Below, piece by piece: positions 57,828 through 64,000 of a stretch of DNA of 64,000 bases (positions are counted from its first letter, which is position 1; each line of letters starts with the position of its first letter). The notes under the pieces were generated by a model, which ran no database searches, was not told the DNA's origin, and worked only from the letters and a program-made list of their open reading frames with translations. The stretch is taken from assembly GCA_028714495.1 (NCBI GenBank), contig JAQTMH010000003.1:136496-200495 (forward strand), read 5' to 3'. The stretch is from Patescibacteria group bacterium. GTDB taxonomy: Bacteria; Patescibacteriota; Patescibacteriia; JAHIZJ01. A program made the position numbers and the translations under genes.

Positions 57828-58418
57828 CTAGGCGACGGTTAAAGTCATGGTGGCCGAGAAATTACCAGCCGGATCCTCGGCACCTACTATGAAGTTCAAA
57901 AGCGTGTTGTCAATCTGATAGGCGCCTTTACCGTTGCTGGCTGTGGCAGTCATTAGGTTTCTGGCGGCGTTCAAATACTGATCGGCAGTTCCAGCAGTTA
58001 CGCCAGTGGCGGAAGCGCCGTTCAAAGGCGTAATCTGTCCCGGTGTCCATTTCAAGCTGTTGTTAAGAGTAATCTGTATATTAGCATCAGTTACGTCTTT
58101 AAAGTTCTCGATCGAGCTGGTAGTGGCTGACCAGCCAGCGCCAGAACCACGGTAATCAGTTACTTTAACATTGTTGAAATTCACTGCTGAATTGACGGCC
58201 GTACCAGCATTGACGTTGGCAAAAGAGATATTGGAGTTTTGGGCGGTGATATCGAGCGAGCCGGCCACGATGTTTTGGTAGAGCTCGGAGTTAGCCGTAT
58301 TGGCCGCGCGGGAAATTTCCATTGAACCAAACATCATCGCCAGCACCGCAAAAATTATCAGAGTGCTGAATATTTTTTGCTTAATTCCTTTTGCCTTGTT
58401 TTTGTTTAGATTATCCAT
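57828..58418 (-). CDS. TasA/camelysin-like secreted protein (tandem paralog 1)
   Basis: The signal anchor then N.VAGSLDI resembles SipW-cognate signal-peptide proteins. C-terminal MTLTVA. Confidence 0.4.
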   Translation of the reverse strand: MDNLNKNKAKGIKQKIFSTLIIFAVLAMMFGSMEISRAANTANSELYQNIVAGSLDITAQNSNISFANVNAGTAVNSAVNFNNVKVTDYRGSGAGWSATTSSIENFKDVTDANIQITLNNSLKWTPGQITPLNGASATGVTAGTADQYLNAARNLMTATASNGKGAYQIDNTLLNFIVGAEDPAGNFSATMTLTVA

Positions 58419-58436
58419 CGCTTTGTTACGGTCTTA

Positions 58437-59021
58437 TTATGCCACGGTTAAGGTCAGAGTGGCCGTATAATTGCCGGCCAAATCCGCGGCGTCCAATTCG
58501 AAGTTCAAAATCGTGTTGTCAATCTGATAGGCGCCCTTACCATTGCTGGCTGAGGCAGTTATCAGGTTACGCGTAGTATTTAAATAGACATCATCGGTTC
58601 CAGCGGATACCCCGGTGGCCGAGGCGCCGTTTAAAGCCGAAATATCACCCGGCGACCACTTTAAGCTGTTATTGAGAGTAATCTGTTTGTTAACATTTCC
58701 GACATCCGCGAAATTCTCAATCGAACCAGTGGTGGCTGACCAGCCAGCGCCAGAACCACGGTAATCAGTAACTTTGATATTATTGACGTTCATCCGCGAA
58801 TTGAAGTTTGTACCGGCATTGACGTTGTTGAATGAGACATTGGAGTTTTGGGCGCTGATGTCGAGCGAGCCGGCCACGATGTTTTGGTAGAGCTCGGAGT
58901 TAGCCGTATTGGCCGCGCGGGAAACTTCCATCGAGCCAAAAATCATTCCCAGCACGAAAAAGATGATAAGGGTGCTGAAGATTTTTTGCTGAATGATTTT
59001 GATTTTTTTTGATAAGCTCAT
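58437..59021 (-). CDS. TasA/camelysin-like secreted protein (tandem paralog 2)
   Basis: About 70% identical to paralog 1. Confidence 0.4.
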   Translation of the reverse strand: MSLSKKIKIIQQKIFSTLIIFFVLGMIFGSMEVSRAANTANSELYQNIVAGSLDISAQNSNVSFNNVNAGTNFNSRMNVNNIKVTDYRGSGAGWSATTGSIENFADVGNVNKQITLNNSLKWSPGDISALNGASATGVSAGTDDVYLNTTRNLITASASNGKGAYQIDNTILNFELDAADLAGNYTATLTLTVA

Positions 59022-59039
59022 GAGAGTATAGAAACTTCT

Positions 59040-59618
59040 TTAGGCTACTGTTAAAGTCATGGTGGCCGCGTAATTACCAGACGGATCAGCCGCCTCGACC
59101 TCGAAGTTCAAAAGCGTATTATCAATCTGATAGGCGCCCAATCCATTACTAGCAGTAGCTGTCATCAAATTGCGAGTAGTGTTTAAATAGACACCGTCAG
59201 TTCCAGCCGTGACGCCAGTGATAGTAGAACCGTTCAGGTTGGTAATATCACCCGGCGACCACTTCAGGCTGCTATTGAGAGTAATCTGGACATTGGTATC
59301 CGTAGAATCAACAAAGTTTTCAATCGATCCGGTGGTGGCGGCCCAGCCGGCGCCGGTGCCGCGGTAATCGGTTACCTTCACGTTGTTAAAGTTCATCAGT
59401 GAATTAGCGGCCGTACCAGCATTCGTGTTGTTGAAAGAGATGTTTGAGTTCTGGGCGGCGATATCTAAAGATCCGGTGACGATGTTTTGGTAGAGTTCGG
59501 AATTAGCCGTATTGGCCGCCCGCGACACCTCCATTGAGGCATAGATCATGAACAGGGCGAAGAATACTACAATGACACCAAATATCTCCTCTTTAATTAG
59601 ATGAATTTTGTTTTTCAT
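59040..59618 (-). CDS. TasA/camelysin-like secreted protein (tandem paralog 3)
   Basis: Paralog with the same motifs. Confidence 0.4.
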   Translation of the reverse strand: MKNKIHLIKEEIFGVIVVFFALFMIYASMEVSRAANTANSELYQNIVTGSLDIAAQNSNISFNNTNAGTAANSLMNFNNVKVTDYRGTGAGWAATTGSIENFVDSTDTNVQITLNSSLKWSPGDITNLNGSTITGVTAGTDGVYLNTTRNLMTATASNGLGAYQIDNTLLNFEVEAADPSGNYAATMTLTVA

Positions 59619-59816
59619 TTTCGTAACTTTTATTTTTGTTTTTATGGCCCTAGATAAGCAAAAACACTTCCCAAAAGCAAGTGTTTTTCGATCTTCCTGA
59701 AATTGGCCTATTTTGATGTTTCTTTAGATACTTTTGTTTTTTGGGGGGTTTTGGTGTTTTTGCCTAGAAAGAGCCATACCTTACATTACTAAGTATATCG
59801 CATTTTTTACTATTTG

Positions 59817-61613
59817 TCAAGATTTGTTTGTAGTATAATCCTTGACTAAGCGCTGTAAATATTTTCTAAACAAGATTAACAGGATTCCGATCGCCAGTGA
59901 TAGATAGGCGATGACAATCGCTAGCCACCTTATTTTAGTATTATTGAACTCTATTGATAATGTATGAATACCTTCCGGCACCGAGACCTGCATTGTTCCG
60001 AGATTATTATCTATTTGGGGAACAATTCCCTGCCCATCAAGTTCAATGGTCCAGCCCGGAAACCAAAGCAGGTTTATTTTTATTTCGGAATCAGCCTGGA
60101 CATTTAGCTGATAAACATAGCTTTGCGTTTTCGCGCTTGAGACAGAAATCTGGGCTTGGCCTTTAATTACCTCCAGCTTATCAGGAAATTTAATCGAGGC
60201 GTTGATATCTTTATTCAAATCTTGGCTATATTGAGCCAAAATCTTTTTCAGCATTTCTTCCAAATCAACTATTCTGGTCTGGGTTGAAAAAAATCCCGGC
60301 ATCTCGGAAAAGAAAAATATTTGGATTGTCTTCTGGCCTGAAGTAACCGCCTCCTTGATTTCAATCTGACGCTCTCTGAATGGCTGGTAATCTTGATCAA
60401 CTAAGACCCTCAGATACTTAACCGGATAGCTGTAGGAAAAATTCAGCAATAAAGTTAGAAGAATCAAACCCAAGGATAAAAAAATCGGTGAAAAATATTT
60501 GTGAACACTTTTATGATACAAAACAATCACTCCACCGAGAACCGCCGTGACTAAGTTTACGAGCGAAAGCCAGCGCCAGGGAAATTGAAAATAATGCAAA
60601 AAATAGATCCGATCCCAGAGGAAGCGACTCAAATAACTCGACATAAATACAGCCGCCACGAAAATTACCAGCCAGAACCAAATCTTTCGACCATAGTTGG
60701 AACGTTGGCCTGGTGCTTCAAGCAAGACGTAAAGTGCGAGCGCGATAACCGCCAATCCAGTCAGCCCAATTAAAAAAATATAATTTTTCCATTCGGTTGA
60801 AATCAGCTGAATCAGATTAATAAAATTTTCTGTGTAGTTCCAATTGCCTGTGAAGTTCAATTGCAGATTTATATATTTCTTTTCAACTAGAGCGGGTAGC
60901 CAAAACCAGGCAGACAAGCCCGCACCAATAATCGCCGTACCGAGTGAAAAGAAAATTACTCTCCAGCGACGCCAAGCGATTATCAAAAGATAGGCGCCGG
61001 CTATGGGAATAAAAATTATGCTCAAAACGTTGTGCGAGAGCATTAGAGCCGCCGTAGCAATCGCCAAAGTCAGTAGATGTCTCAAGCGCAGCGTCGCCGC
61101 AAAACGGTTTAAGCTAAAAAGAATCAGGGGCCACCAAGCCATAGCCAGAAGCTCGGCAAAAGACCCGCGGAGATAAATGCCGCCCAAATGATACGGCGAC
61201 CAGGTAAAAAGCGTTGCCGAAAGCAAGGCGGCCCAGTTGTTTTTCCAAAGCGCGCGGCTAAAAAGATACATAAAAATATAACCCAGGACCACCGACAGGA
61301 TAATTGTGGCTTTGACTGAACTTATCAGACTAAAACCAACCAAATGAAATCCTTCAGCCAGATAATAAAAGCCTGGCTGGATAAAATTGAATACTGGCGA
61401 ACCATAACCAGCCCAGACATTCGGCGCCCAGCGCGGCAATAAATAGCCGTCTTTTATCCCCTGATCAAATTCAGACAGCCAATTCATGTAGAGATTCCGA
61501 TCGTGGTTGTCGGGAAAACCCGAGTGGAATAATGCCGCGAGAGAAAAATACAAGACCAGTCCACTGATGATGAAGAGGATGGCTGATTTATAATATTTCC
61601 TAATCCGACTCAT
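59817..61613 (-). CDS. polytopic membrane protein with periplasmic C-terminal domain, putative GT-C/YfhO-like glycosyltransferase
   Basis: About 13 TM helices followed by a soluble domain and a C-terminal TM. Confidence 0.35.
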   Translation of the reverse strand: MSRIRKYYKSAILFIISGLVLYFSLAALFHSGFPDNHDRNLYMNWLSEFDQGIKDGYLLPRWAPNVWAGYGSPVFNFIQPGFYYLAEGFHLVGFSLISSVKATIILSVVLGYIFMYLFSRALWKNNWAALLSATLFTWSPYHLGGIYLRGSFAELLAMAWWPLILFSLNRFAATLRLRHLLTLAIATAALMLSHNVLSIIFIPIAGAYLLIIAWRRWRVIFFSLGTAIIGAGLSAWFWLPALVEKKYINLQLNFTGNWNYTENFINLIQLISTEWKNYIFLIGLTGLAVIALALYVLLEAPGQRSNYGRKIWFWLVIFVAAVFMSSYLSRFLWDRIYFLHYFQFPWRWLSLVNLVTAVLGGVIVLYHKSVHKYFSPIFLSLGLILLTLLLNFSYSYPVKYLRVLVDQDYQPFRERQIEIKEAVTSGQKTIQIFFFSEMPGFFSTQTRIVDLEEMLKKILAQYSQDLNKDINASIKFPDKLEVIKGQAQISVSSAKTQSYVYQLNVQADSEIKINLLWFPGWTIELDGQGIVPQIDNNLGTMQVSVPEGIHTLSIEFNNTKIRWLAIVIAYLSLAIGILLILFRKYLQRLVKDYTTNKS

Positions 61614-61652
61614 ATACGATATAATAACAACATAATACTCTGGCGGTGTTTT

Positions 61653-63971
61653 ATGAAAATAAGAATATACTTCGGCGTTTTTCTCACCGGCGCCTCGATA
61701 TTAATGCTCGAGGTCGTCCTGACGCGGATTCTGTCCGTAATCGTATTGTACCACTTCGCCTTCCTGGTTGTCTCGTTGGCCCTTCTGTCTCTCGGCGCGA
61801 GCGGGATCGTTCTCCACTTGTTCCCGAGGTTCTTTCCTAGAGAAAAAATTTTTACCCGGCTCTCTCAAAGCGCCCTCATTTATTCTCTTTCAATCACTGT
61901 CTTTATCGTTCTGGTCTCTCTCGGCGACCTAGAAAACCCTTATCTCGTGCTCGGTCTTTGCCTTATTCCCTTCTTCTTCGGCGGGCTCGTTTTGTCATTA
62001 GCACTCTCCTCTTTTTCTGAACACATCAGCCGATTGTATTTCGCCGATCTTCTCGGCTCGGGCGTGGGCTGTCTTGCCGTTATCGGCCTGATGAATATCC
62101 TTCCGGCCCCAAGCGTCGTGTTCATTATCTCCGTACTCTCAGCCGGCGCGGCCTGGTTTTTTCGTTCTTCTGAACCGATCCCTGCTTCTCGGTGCGGCCG
62201 TCTGGCGCTCGGTTTGGCGATTGGCTCGCTGGCCTTAGCCCTGCTGAACACGGCCACACCAATAATAACCGTGGACTATGCTCGCGCCTTAATGGAACCC
62301 GAGGTGAATCAACACGTGGAATATGAAAAATGGAATGCTTTCTCACGGATCGTGGTGTACAATCGAGAAAATCAGAACCTTAAAAAAATCCTAATTGACT
62401 CAGCCGCGACAACCACGATGGTGCGGTTCAGCGGGCGACTCGAGGAAATGGTCATGGTGAAAGACTTGGTTTTTACCTTGCCCTATCATGTGAAAACGTA
62501 TCCTGATGTGCTGGTTTTAGGGCCGGGCGGTGGATCGGATATTATCGCGGCGCTGGCTTTCGGCAGTACCAATATTACCGGCATCGAGATTAATCCAATC
62601 ATTGTTAATGATCTTGTGAAAAAGCAGTATCGTGACTTTACCGGCGATCTGTACCGTTATCCCGGCGTTCACGTGAAAATCGGCGAAGCGCGCAGCGTCC
62701 TAGAACGAGACGTCCAAAAATATGATCTTATACAAAACACCTTCGTCGACACCTGGGCGGCGACGTCAGCTGGCGCTTATGCCCTCTCGGAGAATAATCT
62801 CTATACCGTTGAAGCTTTTAAAACATACTTTAACCATTTAACGCCGCAGGGGGTTTTTTCGATCACCCGCTGGTGGACCGATCAACCCCATGAATCGCTG
62901 CGCCTAATCTCTCTGGCACTCGAGGCCTACGACCAGCTGGGAATAGCCAATCCGGCCGACAATATTATTATTGTCGGACAGCGCGATACTGATGGCCCAG
63001 GACAGCATAAAGCGACATTCCTTTTTAAAAAATCAAACTTTACGCCGGAAGAAATAGAAAAAGCCGCTAAGTTCGCGAATGACCATCAATACCCGATCCT
63101 TTACACTCCCGCCCAGAAAATCGATCCGACCCTCACCGGCTTGATCGAATCACGCGACCGGCGACAATTTCAGCGAACATATGCCGTAGACATCAGTCCG
63201 ACGACGGATAACCGTCCGTACTTCTTCTACATGATGCGCTTCCGAGATTTCTTCAGAGCGGCCGTCAACGATACGCCTTTCTCCGAAATTTACTCAAGCC
63301 CGCGCAATCTCATGAAGGCACTGATTGTGATTGTTGTTTTTCTGCTGGTTATTATCCTCCTGCCCGCCGGATTGATGAGATCGCGCCGAACAGCCTTTCA
63401 GGCGAGTGCCTGGACCGTGGGTTATTTCGTTATTCTGGGCATCGCTTTTATGACAGTCGAGATTTATCTAATGCAGAAATTTGTTTTGTTTCTTGGCCAT
63501 CCAGTCTATGCTCTCGGCGCTGTCCTTTTTATGCTTTTGATATCTAGCGGTTTTGGCAGCGCTTTGACGCAGCACGTCTCGGAACGATCGCAAATAAGAC
63601 GATTGCGCTGGTGCTTGCTCGGCATCGTGCTCATATTAGGACTGTATGCCGCGGCTCTTCCCTCGCTCTTCGCTTCGCTCATCGCTGCCTCCCAAATTTG
63701 GCGTCTAGCCTTTACCCTGGCGGTTATTGCTCCCGTCGGATTATTAATGGGCACCGCTTTCCCGCTGGGCTTGAAGCTTTTCACTAAAAACCAGCCAGGA
63801 CTTGTGCCGTGGCTGTGGGGCATAAATGTTGCCGCTTCGGTACTTGGATCGGTCGTCGCCTTTCTTGTTTCAATTCATGCTGGTTTTGGACAAACCCTAC
63901 TGCTCGGTACTGGTTGCTATCTTTTAGCTTTGCTCATGGCAAGGAAACCGAAATTTTCTTTCGTCTGTTAA
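61653..63971 (+). CDS. fused polytopic membrane protein / spermidine-synthase-like (polyamine aminopropyltransferase fold) domain
   Basis: Central VLVLGPGGGSDIIA..GIEINP..D..D resembles the SpeE GGGDGG..E.D region. Multiple TM helices at both ends. Confidence 0.55.
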   Translation: MKIRIYFGVFLTGASILMLEVVLTRILSVIVLYHFAFLVVSLALLSLGASGIVLHLFPRFFPREKIFTRLSQSALIYSLSITVFIVLVSLGDLENPYLVLGLCLIPFFFGGLVLSLALSSFSEHISRLYFADLLGSGVGCLAVIGLMNILPAPSVVFIISVLSAGAAWFFRSSEPIPASRCGRLALGLAIGSLALALLNTATPIITVDYARALMEPEVNQHVEYEKWNAFSRIVVYNRENQNLKKILIDSAATTTMVRFSGRLEEMVMVKDLVFTLPYHVKTYPDVLVLGPGGGSDIIAALAFGSTNITGIEINPIIVNDLVKKQYRDFTGDLYRYPGVHVKIGEARSVLERDVQKYDLIQNTFVDTWAATSAGAYALSENNLYTVEAFKTYFNHLTPQGVFSITRWWTDQPHESLRLISLALEAYDQLGIANPADNIIIVGQRDTDGPGQHKATFLFKKSNFTPEEIEKAAKFANDHQYPILYTPAQKIDPTLTGLIESRDRRQFQRTYAVDISPTTDNRPYFFYMMRFRDFFRAAVNDTPFSEIYSSPRNLMKALIVIVVFLLVIILLPAGLMRSRRTAFQASAWTVGYFVILGIAFMTVEIYLMQKFVLFLGHPVYALGAVLFMLLISSGFGSALTQHVSERSQIRRLRWCLLGIVLILGLYAAALPSLFASLIAASQIWRLAFTLAVIAPVGLLMGTAFPLGLKLFTKNQPGLVPWLWGINVAASVLGSVVAFLVSIHAGFGQTLLLGTGCYLLALLMARKPKFSFVC

Positions 63972-64000
63972 ACACCAGCGCTATTCCAGATCCGACCAAT

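Overview
This 64-kb window is about 45% GC and almost all of it is coding on the minus strand. Gene content points to a small-genome bacterium, possibly CPR/Patescibacteria-like; this is an inference and cannot be verified here. Evidence for that: many small secreted or membrane-anchored proteins, giant surface proteins, a bacterial cell-division and translation core, and standard code 11 (prfB with the canonical UGA +1 frameshift). Recognisable housekeeping genes are eno (partial), pgk, alaS, mnmA, ispG, ispH, glmS, prfB, htrA, ftsZ, ftsA, dgkA, ybeY, rpsU, a yqeY-like gene, a HIT-family gene, hisS and lepB. Accessory content: (1) a minus-strand cluster of four paralogous 7TM-receptor proteins (one a full sensor histidine kinase, one with a GAF domain) interleaved with a LuxI/FeeM-like N-acyltransferase, a ThiF/E1-like adenylyltransferase and a REP-associated tyrosine transposase (RAYT); (2) three divergent secreted cell-wall hydrolases (M23- and CHAP-type) that share an almost identical 5' leader and signal-peptide module, plus a 1053-aa CHAP-CBM protein with an exact 453-nt tandem repeat; (3) a tRNA locus in which a complete tRNA-Val(CAC) sits inside the anticodon loop (position 37/38) of a second, otherwise perfect tRNA-Val(CAC), followed by a GC-rich structured RNA region; (4) a strongly promoted and terminated tRNA-like gene with a broken anticodon arm, which shares a 19-nt trailer element with the other tRNA locus; (5) an arsR-like regulator bracketed by 20-bp direct repeats carrying a 14-bp palindrome; (6) a family of REP-like GC hairpins; (7) three tandem TasA/camelysin-like secreted paralogs flanked by polytopic GT-C-like membrane proteins; (8) giant surface proteins with TSP3-like calcium-binding and Cys-rich repeats. 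No CRISPR array and no rRNA gene were seen.
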